From: Lama glama
Lineage: Eukaryota
DNA length: 64,000 bases
Assembly (NCBI GenBank): GCA_028534125.1
Contig: CM052851.1
Coordinates: forward strand, 496,001-560,000
Reading direction: 5' to 3'
Shown: piece after piece, positions 49,201 through 61,200 of the stretch
How positions within the stretch are numbered: the stretch's first letter is position 1
Layout of the letters: each line of letters opens with the position of its first letter
The notes under the pieces: model-generated
The model's input: the letters and a program-made list of their open reading frames with translations, nothing else
Databases searched by the model: none
What the model was told of the DNA's origin: nothing
Program-made: the position numbers and the translations under genes

Positions 49201-52200
49201 CTCCTGCCCTCGAGGCATGGGCAGCAGATCCCTGTCTGCTTGTGGCCCAGGGCCATGCACAAGCCCACAGACTGGCTGGGCTGATTGCATTTCCCCTGCC
49301 ACCAAAAAGTTCTTAACCTGGGTCTGTTTTGGCCACAGCGGCTGGTGAAGGAGGCAGGATGGGCTGAGTTATGAGTGTCTGAGTGGGCAGTCGTTAGGTT
49401 CATGGGTGCCGGACTGGGACACAGGCAGGAAGGGCAGGTGCTGGGGGCACCCCTGGGGTAACAGGCAGCTGGGGAGGGTGCCTATCCTTCCGGCCCGCCG
49501 CCTGAGCTCGAGGGAGCGGGTTGTCCATGTGTCCAGATGCAGTGGCGACTCACCTGCCTTCCAGTCTTGTGTCTTATCTGTTTGACATTTTGTTGTAAAA
49601 ATGCCGGATTTCAGTGATTCTAAGATGTTTTTCCACATTTTTCACATTATGAAATCGGCATGCGTCTCAAGAGCTAGAGAAATACAGTCCTCAGTGGCCT
49701 TTGCTGTGGGCTCATCTCGCAGGTACCGTGGAGGGCTGGGCTGGGGGAGGCTGAGAGACCCCGGCCCGTGTCAAGCCCCTTTGTGGTTTGTGGCCGACTT
49801 TCCTGTCTGTCCTCTCCTGTGATCTTCACAGCAGCCAGAGGTATGGGTGTCACTGTCATCACCCCCTTACAGCTCAGAAAACACTGGATTTAGTGGTTTG
49901 ACATTGCTGGATCAGTACCCACTTCTAGCCCAGTACCAAAGCTCACATCTGAGGCTGTCCCAGCCTGGTCCTTTCCGGAGAGGGGAACCACACGCGGCTC
50001 AGAGGATGTTCCTGTGAGGGACTACTGGGCTCTGACATGAGGGCTTGCAAGTCACAAGGCTCGGGGAGCACTGCCTGCAGGGTGGGGGAGTCACTTCCTG
50101 GGAGCAGGGGTAGCTCGGGGCTGCAGGGGGAACTGGGGCACTGGTGCGGCAGGAGCCCGGCTGGCCCCTGGGTCCTGTGGAGAGGGCAGGAGTCGGGGAG
50201 GTTTTGGCCAGGGTGGGGCCTAGAGACAGCGTTGGGGCCCAAACTCCTCCCATCTCCACATCACATCCAGAGCCTTCTGTGCCCCAGAGCTGCCGGAAGG
50301 TTTTTGGTGACTGGGCCTGGGGACCTTCTGTGTCCTGACGGCACGTCTTGAATTTGCTGCTGGGAGACTATCATGGGGGCCTGAGGCGTGAAGAGCCGGC
50401 CCAGCGGTGCCCTTTGGAGGGTGCTTGGGGTGCCGGCTCCTCTTGCACGCCCAAGGGGTTTCTATTGTGTTCTGCTGGGCCTTGCTCCTGCGGGGCTGTG
50501 ATAGGGGCCCGGAGGGGCCCCTGGGGTGAGTGCAGGTGGAGCGGTGAGCACTCGTGGGTGGAGACAGGTGGCTGGGCTGTGGGACTCGCTGTTCGCAGGA
50601 CCTCTTCCTGAGTCTAGAGTGCGGGCCTGCTGCCGCCGAGAAGCCAGGTCTGGGCGGCTCGGGGCTGGAAAGTGGCTTGAGAAAGCCCTGGGGTCACCTG
50701 AGCCCTGAGCAGATGAGGTGTGCCCACAGTGAGCATCCTGGGCCCAGTCGGAGCCCCATGTGTCCTGTCCAGGCTGGCACTGGCCTCTCACTCAGGCTGG
50801 GGGCTGCTCTGGCTGCACAGTTCCCTGGGACCTTGTTAGGACGGATCGAAAGAAGGGAAAGGCTTCTCTGGGCTCACTCTTGAGCAGGTGAGGCGCTTCT
50901 GAGCCCAGGTGGGTCAGGCTTGGGTGGGCACCGGCCGAGGGGTGCTGTGTATCTGCCGCCTCTGCCGGCTTGGTCCCCTTTGAGAGCAGGCTGGACCGCG
51001 TGTCCTTGGGGGCTGCTGCTTTTTCCTGCTTGCACTGACCTGTCCTCTTTGCAGGCATAAGTCCACCTGCCCCTCACTGAGGATGAGTCCCTCTGGGTGC
51101 TCGGCTCCAGGTGGGATTGCCTGTCACCTCCTCTCTGGGCTGGGCCCCAGGTCAGTCCTCAGAGGTACTTGGGGAGGCCCCCAGACTGCCCCATAGCGCC
51201 GGCTTTTGCCTCATGTCACAGCACCGCCAGGGCCGACACTCTTGGCTGCGCTTGCCTGAGCCATGGCCCTGAGTTTCATGTGCGCTCAGCCTTTAAACGT
51301 GTGCCTCTGTAAGTCCCCCAGCATTGGGGAGGGCCATGGAGGGACCCCGTGTCCACGTCCTGCAGGAGCAGAAACCGGCTAGGGTGCATCATGGAGAGAG
51401 CCCCTGCTGTGTCCGCGGCCTGTTCCCCGGGTTCTCGCTGTAGCAGGGCCCGCCCACTGTCCAGGAGGTGGCAGAGCCAGGCTGCTTCCTGAAGGCCAGG
51501 AGGGTGGGAGATGGGGGATCGCTGCTGCTTGCTGTGGATTGCGTGCCCTGAGCCTGCAGATGCTCTCCCACGGTAGATGGGGTGGGTCCTGCCAGAATGC
51601 AGCCAGGAGTTGGTGGAGCCGGACTCCTGGGGTGCAGCGGGCGGATGAGCGAGTGGGGGTGGTGGGTGGAAACCTGGCCTGGTCTGAGTTTATACGGTTT
51701 GGTTAGTAAATCAAATGTCAGTTTGCTGCTGAAAAAATGGGAGGGTTTCTCAGAGTTCCCTGAGGTGAGGTGCGGCCCACCGTCACCACAGGAAGTCTGG
51801 AGGTCCTATTTCTAGACAGCCTCTTGAGATCGGCCAGTGCTTGTCCACGGAGCACGAGTGTCCTGGCCCGCACCAGCGAGGAGCATGGCTGTCACAGTCC
51901 TCCCGGTTCCCTGCATCCCACTTGGCCCACCTGTGTCCCACATGGGCCCTCAGTGGTGTGGCAGCCGTGTCGCTGGAAGACGCAACTCAGGAGATGGCAG
52001 GCTCTCTGGCTGTCACCTCTGCTGTTTACGAAGGAATGCTTTACACTTCTTGGGTGAAACAAGAATGTCTGTTATTTAAAACGGCAGCGCCTAGGGGTCT
52101 TTCTTAAAGTGACGTTTTACGTTCCGCAGCGACGTGCCGTGAGCGTGCCTTGCTGCGCCCTCTGTGGGGTCCTTAGTCATGCTGTGATCTGGACTAAGAC

Positions 52201-55200
52201 AGAAGCCCCCGTGGTCTTTCTGTGTATGATTCTAGGGTGGGTGATTGGTCCTAGAAGTGGGTGAAACGTAAGGTGATTTAGAGTGCATGCCTCTGCCTCA
52301 ATTAATAAATGTATTTAGAGGATTAAGTTGATGATTGAGACCAGGCTGGCCCTGGCACTGCTGTGGCCGGTTGGAGTGAGGCCCTGGGGCCCGGCCGGAC
52401 CGTGTCCGGGCCATCCCCCCAACCCCGGGGCTGTCCTGAGATGGCAGAACTCTTGCTTCCAGATAGGTGCCCCTGGCTTCTGTTTTTTAAGGGAAGCTGA
52501 ATGTTTGCACTCTGACGTGCATGGCCTGGTTTAGGAATGCCTTTCCTGTTGGACGCTGTGTCGGCAGGGCGCCTGGCCGGGGGTCTTCTTCCTGCTCTCC
52601 CTCCCCCCTCTCCCCCAGGTGACAAGGCTCTGGATGGCTACAGCAAGAAGAAGTACGTGTGCAAGTTGCTCTTCATCTTCCTCCTGGGCCACGACATCGA
52701 CTTCGGGCACATGGAGGCTGTGAACCTGCTCAGCTCCAACAGATACACGGAGAAGCAGATCGTGAGTGTCCCGGCTGTGGGCGGGCTCCAGGCGGGGAGG
52801 GGCCCAGGGCCTCCCTTCCCTTGCTGAGCTGCCCGCTGCTCTCCAGGTAGCAGTCCTGCTGTGGCAGGGTCTCTTTTCCCGGGTGAGGGTCTCCTGTCAG
52901 GTGGCCATTTAATTTCTCGCTGTTTTTACACTGTCCATGCAGTCTGGGAATTTCCTGTGCGTTTTGGCAGGTGTGGGTATGATGGACGCTTTGTGCAGCT
53001 GTTCCCCACGCAGTCTGAGAGGGAGGGAGGGAGGGAAGCGCTCCCCTCCTCTCCTCTCGGCGCCTCGCTGACGCGCTGTCCCGTCTGTTTACCTGGTGGC
53101 CCCTCGTGCAACTTTCCGTTTCTGAAATGGGCCCCACCTCCTGTGGTTGAAGAGCCAAGGGCAGGTGGGTGTCCTTGTCTCGCCCCAGCTCGCATCTTCA
53201 CAGGAAGTGCTGGTACCTGGGCCCCTGGAGCCCTCACAGGCTTTGTCATTTTAGCCCTGCATCCTCTTGGCGTCACCTTATTTCTGTGTTTTCTCAAGGG
53301 TTTTCCTCTTATTTGTCCAAAAATTTAAGTTACAGAAAGTGAAAAAGATACTCTAGCTGCCCCAAGAATTTTGTTAAGTAACGCAACAGGAATTTATTGA
53401 GTGCCTGGGTGGACCCAGCAGTGTGCTGGGGGTCCCTGGGGACACAGTGATTGAAGCAGGTGCGGGCCCTGCTCTTTTCTGCTGGGGAGATGGATCAGAC
53501 AGCCCCTGAACAGAGAACTAGAGCTGTGGGGCCGGTGCTCGGTGAAGGGGGCGTGCAGAAACCTGCGGACCCTGAGGGGTGGCTCCCAGGGAGGGCCCCA
53601 GCTGAGATGGGGGTCAGGGGGTTAACAGGGAAGGAGGGGAGCTCCTGGGGGCTTTCTCCAGAGACTTGGGCTGGGTGGGAGTTTAAGCTGTGTCCCTGCG
53701 TTGGGAGGGTGCGGAGGGGCTGGCATTTGGCCTGAGGGAAAGGGGCAGCTGGAGCCTGGAGACGCATTCGAGGTGGGGGGAGACAGCAGCTGGCTGGGCT
53801 TCTGGAAGTCGCCGCAGTGTCTCAGGAAGAGCTGAGGCAGTCCCGGTTCGGGACGGAGGTGAGTGGAGGCTGCCGTGGACCGTGAGTGGGGTGGGGACGC
53901 CGTCTCAGCACGCAGGGCCGTCTGCAGAGCTGCCGCGCGGTCTGAGGCTGAGAACGTGCTCCTGCGGCAGAGCTGGCTTCTCCCTCCGCGGAGCTCGCGG
54001 CGGCCCGCGCGAACGGGCCGTGCGTCGGCCCCCCGAAGGCGGAGCTCTGGGGCCGGGTGCTGACGGGCTCTCTGTTCTCTCATCCTGGCGGTGTGCAGGG
54101 CTACCTGTTCATCTCGGTGCTGGTGAACTCCAACTCGGAGCTGATCCGCCTCATCAACAACGCCGTGAAGAACGACCTGGCCAGCCGCAACCCCAGCTTC
54201 ATGGGCCTGGCACTGCACTGCATCGCCAACGTGGGCAGCCGCGAGATGGCCGAGGCCTTTGCCGCTGACGTGCCCAGGATCCTCGTGGCCGGGTTGGTAC
54301 CTGCCGAGCCCCGAGCACACGGTCCCTCTCACGGTCCCTCTCATGCCGAGTGTGTGGGATGAGCCCACCCTGCCTGGTGAGGTGCTGGGGTGTAGGCGCG
54401 GGGTGGAGCAGACATGGGTTGAGACCTGGTGCCTCCAGTCGGGCACTCCGTCCTGGCACCGCGGAGCATCCTGGCAGGCAGGGGCTCGCCCCGGGGCACG
54501 GCGCCTCTTCTGCCCTTTCCGAAGCGCTCCTGGAGGAGTGTCGCAGGGCCACAGAGGGCGCGTGGGGGGCCGGGCTGGGGGAGAGGCCACAGAGCAGCCT
54601 GATGGAGATGAGCGTCGTGGAGTGTGAGCTCAGGCAATGGCTGAGCACAGGAAGAGGGGGCCCTGCCACACACCGGGGTCAGAAGTTGCAGAGGACACCG
54701 CGGGGCTCTTGAGAGTCAGAGACTTGATACCTTCAGTGTGCACATGAGGGGCAGGTGGGAGGGGAGATTGGAAGCCATCAGGAGGAGGCTGGAGGGGATT
54801 TAGGCTGAGGGCCCCCCATGCCCCCACCCCCGCTGCCCTGCTCGCGCTGTGACCGTGGCCATGCGTTGCCGGTCCCCTCTCAGGAGCAAGCTCTCTGGGT
54901 TCTGACGTTTTGTCTCCTGTGGCTGTCGGTTTACCTCCAGCATTTTGAACACACCTGGTGCACAGGAAGTGCTCGGTAAACAAATGTCCATGGGGTGGGT
55001 GGAGTGGAGGAGAGACAGGTAACCTCTGAAAGCTTTCAGATGACTCGAGGGCACTTCTCTGAAATAAAGGGTAGGTGCACCTCTGGTTGCGTGGACATGG
55101 GGGTGCGCCCTGAGACGCAGCCTTGAGGGGCCAACACGGAGGGTGATGAGGACCCTGCCGCAGGGAGACAGGTGAGGGGTGTGTGCAGGCAGAAGGCCCA

Positions 55201-58200
55201 GGGCCTGTGTGGTCACACCGCGTGGGTGTCCTGTCAGCATCAGGGCCACAGGCAGCCAGCCGTGCGTCACCAGACAGCTCAGGACCCGCGAGCCCTCCTT
55301 GAAAAAGATTACCAAACTCCTGAACTCCAGCGACCAAATAGACGACTCCAGATAAAGTGCTTGGGAGGGAGATGCCTCGACCTGGCGTGAAGTCACCGCA
55401 GGAGCCGGGATGGCAGGGGAGCGGGCAGAGGGTTATCTTCTGGCCTGGACTGAGTGGGCCCTCGGGGGAGAAGCTGCTCTGGGGCTGGGCTCGGGTCCTT
55501 GGTAAGAGAGGATTGAAACAAAGGGGCAGTGGTTTGCCTGCCTCCCCGCGGGTGTTGGCTGTCCTCGCCCTTGTCCCCGCCCTTGTCCCCGTGAGTTCTC
55601 ACCGAGGGTACCGTCCGAGTGGTATGGGGCGCCCGGCTGGTGGGCCCGCCACACAGTCGACTTCCAGCCCCAGCCACGTGGGGGCAGCAGCCCTGCTCCC
55701 CAGAGTGTTCGTGTCTGAGAGACAGCTGTCACTAAAGTAATTTTTCTTTGGAATAGAATGGGGGCAGTTTGGGGGTGTCTCTGTCGGTTTGGACTCATTG
55801 AGGAATAAAAAAGCTAAAGGGGGGGATAAACGGTGAAAACAGCCCCGAACCTCCTCTCCTCTCTGGTCAGCGCTGCGGGGCTGCGTACGCCTCCCGGAAG
55901 TGTTCCCCGGCTGCCTGGCTGGGGGAGGTGGGGGACAGAAGTATGGGAATGCTCTCTGAACTCAGTCCTCAGCCCAAATCCAGAGCGAGAGCCCTCTGGA
56001 CGCCCTTGCCCGGCCTCTCCCCGCCGACCCTGCCCCGCAGCAGTGGGCGCCGCCTCTGCTCCTGCGGCACAGGGCGGGGCCCCCGCACCTGCCAGAGGCT
56101 ACAGGTGGCCGTGGAGAGGTCCTGGTGGCCACAGAGTTGTGGCCGTCGAAGCTCTGTGCACTTCCGGTCTTGCTCGTGTGTTGCTGAGCGAGCTGTGGGG
56201 AAGGTTCTGTGAGTCAGTTGGGGGAAGGGTAGGTGACTGCGGTCAGCCTGCCGGCTCGGCGTAGTCAGCAGCCAGAGATACCTGGACTGCTGCTTCGGGG
56301 AGGGGAGGGTTACCAGTGGCGGGACCCTTCCTGTGAACTGTGCTGGGGGTGGAGTCCGCGGCATGGCCCCGTGGGCAGACGGCCATCCGTCACCGCCCTG
56401 GTGTGGTCCACACGGAGTCCCAACGGGGTTGACCGCGTGCGGAGCTGAGAGGCCTGTTCTGCGCATCGTGTCGGGCCCCATGCGCCTCTGGTGCCGCTGA
56501 CTCTGGGGTGCTCTCCATGCCGTTCTGGGCTGCTCTTGCTCGTTGGGGCCACACACGGTGCTGGCTGAGCCCTGCAGGGACCTGCTGCCTGTCTTTCAGA
56601 GACACCATGGACAGTGTGAAGCAGAGCGCCGCCCTGTGCCTGCTGCGCTTATACAGGACGTCTCCCGACCTCGTCCCCATGGGTGACTGGACGTCCCGCG
56701 TGGTGCACCTCCTCAACGACCAGCACCTGGTGAGTGAGCACCCCTGCAGGGCCTACACGGCACGGCCGCTGCGCCCAGGAGCACCTGCGCTTCCTGAGGA
56801 TGGCGTGGCCCAGGCTTGGCCTCTGCTCACCCTGTCCCGCGGGGCACCTCCTGCTGGCCGAGTGCAGAGACGGGCGAGACAGAGACCTTCTGGAAACACC
56901 TGTCCAGGAAGGGCCTGCCCCCCAGGCGTGCCTGCCTGCCTCATGTAGCATGATGGGCATGCTCTGTGGTCCCCCCGAAGCTCAGGCGTGCAGTCGTCTT
57001 AATGCGCGTGGCCCGTCCACCAGCCCGGCCCGAGTGTCCCCCCGGGTGGTAGATGAGGCCAGGGGATGAAGGGCAGTTCCGTGGCTGGTTGTCCGAGTCA
57101 GATCTTCGTCTGCATGGACACGGGAGGCGGGGCAAGTAGAGGCTGATGTTGGACAGGGTAGCCTTGTCCTGCCCGAATCCTGTGCTGCTAATGAGAGAAC
57201 CCAGAGCCAGCACGGGGTTTGCTGCTGAGCACATGAGCACGCGTACGTTAGATGGGTGCTACATTTTTCCCCAGAAGAGAAGTCTGCCCTGAAAATTAAA
57301 GTAAAAGTAAGTGATCGACACACGTAGAGTCAGAGGAGAGGGCGGGTGGTGGTCGCATGCCTGCCCTCCGAGCTGTTCCCCTAACGCTCGGAGCTCCCTG
57401 CTCCCTGGGAGCGTTGGTGTCTGCACAGGGCAGAGTCAGAGTGAGTGGGGCGTCTGGGGGCCCTGTGGCAGGAGAAGGGGAGGCACCGGGCAGGAGCAGC
57501 TGGGCGTGCGCTCTCCCTGGGGGCCACGCTCGCCGGGCTGCGCTCGGTCTCTTCGGGTGCAGCTCCTACCTGTGTAGTTGAGAGGTGAGCTGGAGGCCGA
57601 GGGGCTTTTCCCAGTTTTTTGAAGGAAAACGGAGGCTCTGGGAGATTGGGTAACTTTGCACAGGTCCAGGCTTGACCCTGGGGCTGTGATGAAGGGTCCG
57701 CGCTGAGGACGTGCCCCTGTACAGAACCCAGGGGTGGTGGGAACGGGGGGTGGGAGGTGGGGCTCAGGAGGGGCCCCTGGGTCCCCTTGGCACACGCTCC
57801 CTGCAGACGTCGTTAGTTCAAGTTTGTGGCAGGTGTTACCCTCACTCCCACCTTGTCGGGCGCCCTTCCTGCAGCCACGCGCAGGCAGATGCCGAGCCGC
57901 CAGCCGGTGGACGTCCACACTGAGCGCAGTGGGGGTGGCAGGGCAGCAGCGTCCCAGCCGGCCAGGAAGGCTCCCCTCCTTGGACACTGTATGAGTCTGC
58001 GCCCGGCTGTTCAGTTTGCTTCTGTTACCTTCACGTCCACGTTGTTGCCTGGTGCACCGATTGGTGCCTTTCTGGCTGTGGGCCGTGGGAGCCCAGCTTG
58101 TGTGGACAAGGTGGCAGGGCATCACGGCCAGCCGGGGGGAGGCCATGCTCACCAGGAGCTCTGCTGTTGTCCTTGGGCTTGTGTCGCCCCTCTCTGCTCT

Positions 58201-61200
58201 CTTGGCCACTGTCCTCATGTGTCCATGGCTTCTGTGTCATACATCTCCTGGCTTTAGAACTGAAGGCCCGAGATTTGGCTTCTTTGGTCTTGAAGTCAGG
58301 AATCCTCTGGAAGAGTCAGTTGCCCACCCAGAGCGAGCCCCGCGTGCACTTCTGAGAGCAGTGGAGGAGGCTGGGGAATCGCGGGGAGGCGGTGGGGGCT
58401 GTGACGTGCGGATCCTTGTGTGGCCAGGGTTGTCACCCCGATGGAGCAGGAGTGAAGGAGGGAGAGGAGGCTGCCCAGGCTTGGGGTGCTGGGGGCTGTT
58501 GCTAGCTATGCCCATGGGTCAGAGCCACGGGTTCTACTCACACTTCCCTTCCTACAGAGACCCCCGCGGGCGGGTGGGCAGGCGGGGAGAGCGAGGAGCC
58601 TCGCTCAGTGCTGGCGAGCCCCGACCGACTTCTGTCGGGGTGTTGCCCGCTTCGCCCCGCAGACTTCCTGTGCCTGCCTGGTGGGCCAGGCCGTGCCCCA
58701 GACCCATGGGAGCTGCGGTGGGCCGGGCTGCCATGCGGGACTTGTAGTTGTCATGCTGCCTGTTAAAGCGCTCTGTCTGTGGGAGAAATCTTTTGGCACA
58801 TGTTGCCCACTGGGAAGTGGACAGTAAGGCCAGTTAGACCCTTTCCTTCCCAGAGCTTTCGTGCTTGCACCAGAAAGCTGAGGGTTAGCACCGCGAGGCC
58901 CCCTGGTCAGGTCGCTGTGGAGCTGGACCCTCGCCTCCGCCTCTCGCTGGCTGTGGAAACTCAGGGGAGTCGGGGGTGGAGGTGGGACTGGGGGGAGGTT
59001 TGTTTGCATCTTCACTGTCAACGGATGTCATTTGTTTTGTCTTTTTTCATATCGGGGAGAGACTTCCTTTACTTAACCAGCGTTTCAGTTACTGGGAGTA
59101 AATACCAGTGTCCCGGGGTGACAGCAGGGCTCCCTGGGCCACGTGCCGGGTCCCGTGTGCTGAGGCTGGCGGCATGCCAGCCCCCGGGAAGGGATGGGTC
59201 TGCTCTGGGCCCGAGGTGCTTCTGAATCAGGCAGAGGCACGGCTTGGGCCACTTTTCAGAATGGGCTTTTCAGTTGCTGTTTTGCAACAATCTCACTTTT
59301 GGGTTGTAAAGATTCAAATGAATCTGAACATAACGTGTCCCTCTGCGGCCCACACAGGGTGATTTAAACCAGGGGCAGCGCACGCAGAGGCAGGCGATGG
59401 AGCGGGTGGGGACGGGCCCGGCGCCGCTGCCCTCTGCTGGCCTTTATGGGGCTGGCTGGGGTCTGGGCTAAAGTTTTGCTGGATTTCCCAGCTTTCAGGG
59501 AGAAGCTGGCAAAAGAAAGCTCCCTGTGTGTGCTGTCCCGGTTTCTAAAAACATGGAGGGTGGATCGGAGTGGGCTGGAGGGGCCCTGGGTTGCCAGTTC
59601 GTTGCTCTTAGTTTGAAGTTTCATTTGGAAAATGAGTTTAAACTGAAAGGCTGGCTTCAGCGCGTGTCGCCGTGTGTTCCTTGCAGGGCGTGGTGACTGC
59701 TGCCACCAGTCTCATCACCACCTTAGCACAGAAGAACCCAGAAGAGTTTAAAACCTCTGTCTCACTGGCCGTCTCCAGGTTAAGCAGAGTAAGTCTGTTC
59801 ATGGGAAACGGAACTCGGGGGGGGGTGTTTGGTCTTAGTTATTTTATGTAATTAATATATTTACTATTTTGAGTGCAGGATATTTGGCCCAGTTTGTAAA
59901 TTCAAGAGTGAAAATGTGTTGGTTAGTAACTGATCGGCCTTTCTTTTGACCTTTTTGTCAGTTAGAGATGTCCTGTGCATGCAGAACTGTGCACGCAGCT
60001 GGGCAGTCCAGCTCCCAGGCGCCTCCCACCCATCCTTGCTGCTGGGGCCATGTGGCCGCTTCCCCCTGCCCCTCGCCCGGGCACACACCCTGGTGCCGCC
60101 CTTGAGTGCTGGCTGGGCCCTCACCACCGTAGTTCCTTGGGATCGACTTGCTTTGTTCAGCATGGTGAAGTCGTCGGCTTTGCGGCTGGTGCTTGGTGTT
60201 TGATACTGTGTGGAATCAGTGTGTGCCCCACTGTGGGCCCCTGCTGTGAACGTCTGGGTGTCCCCCGGCAGGGGCGTTGCAGGGTCCCGGGGCCGCAGGC
60301 CCCCGAGGATCCGGTGGCTGCGCTGGCTGGGGTGCCCAGCACCGCTCTCCGTGTTTTGGCCTGGTAGGCCTGGCCTCTGGGTGCTCAGACCTCTCTCCCT
60401 GCTCTCTGGGTCCGTGCTGTCCTGTGGCTGCAGAGGCAGGGCAGCGCTGTGTGTTTGTTGGCTTTTGAATACTTCCTTTTGGGAAGTGCCTGTTAACTCT
60501 TTTACCCGTTTTTCTTTGGCATCGTCTCTTTTCTTGTTTTATAGAAGTTCTTTATGTGTTTTGGATCGGAGCACTTTGTCGGTTAGGGTGAGCCAAACAA
60601 GATGGCCAACATTACTCACGTTTGCTGTTCAGAAATGCCAGCGTGGATGGTTAGGCCTCCTCTGTGCCCTTCCACCCTGTAACTCGCCATCTCACTCCCT
60701 CGTGGTATCTCCGTGATCAGAAATTCCACATTTTAATGTAGTCAGACTTCCTGACCCTTCCCTCGATGGCCCGTGGTCCTCACGTTTACGAAGCCCCATC
60801 CTCAGGGCTCAGGGTTAGGCTGACTGTCCTCCTGGGACTGGCTTCTCTGTGGTGATGCTTTTCCTTGAACGAGACCCAGTTGTCCCTGTTCCTCTGCCAG
60901 GAAGCCCCTCCTCGCAGACTGGTCAGAACCGGTGGCTGCGCCTCATCCCTGGATTTCTCTGTTCATCTTCGCACCAGTGACGCGCTGTCTTAGTTACTGG
61001 AGCTTAAGGGTGAGCCTGCGTGTCTAGCGGAGCTGCTGCGCTTCCCTCCCCAAATGCTATTGGGGGCTGCCTTTAATCTGTAGGTCAGTTTGGGGAAAAT
61101 TAAAATCTTCATAGGATTGAGATTTTGAATCTATGACCGTGGTATTACCCTTTACTTAGTCTTTAATTTCTCTCAAAAATGTTGTATAACGTTTTGAGTA

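Noticed and set aside
53622-54590. 322-aa minus-strand ORF
   Set aside because: It is the antisense shadow of GC-rich AP2A2 exon 4 and its flanks.
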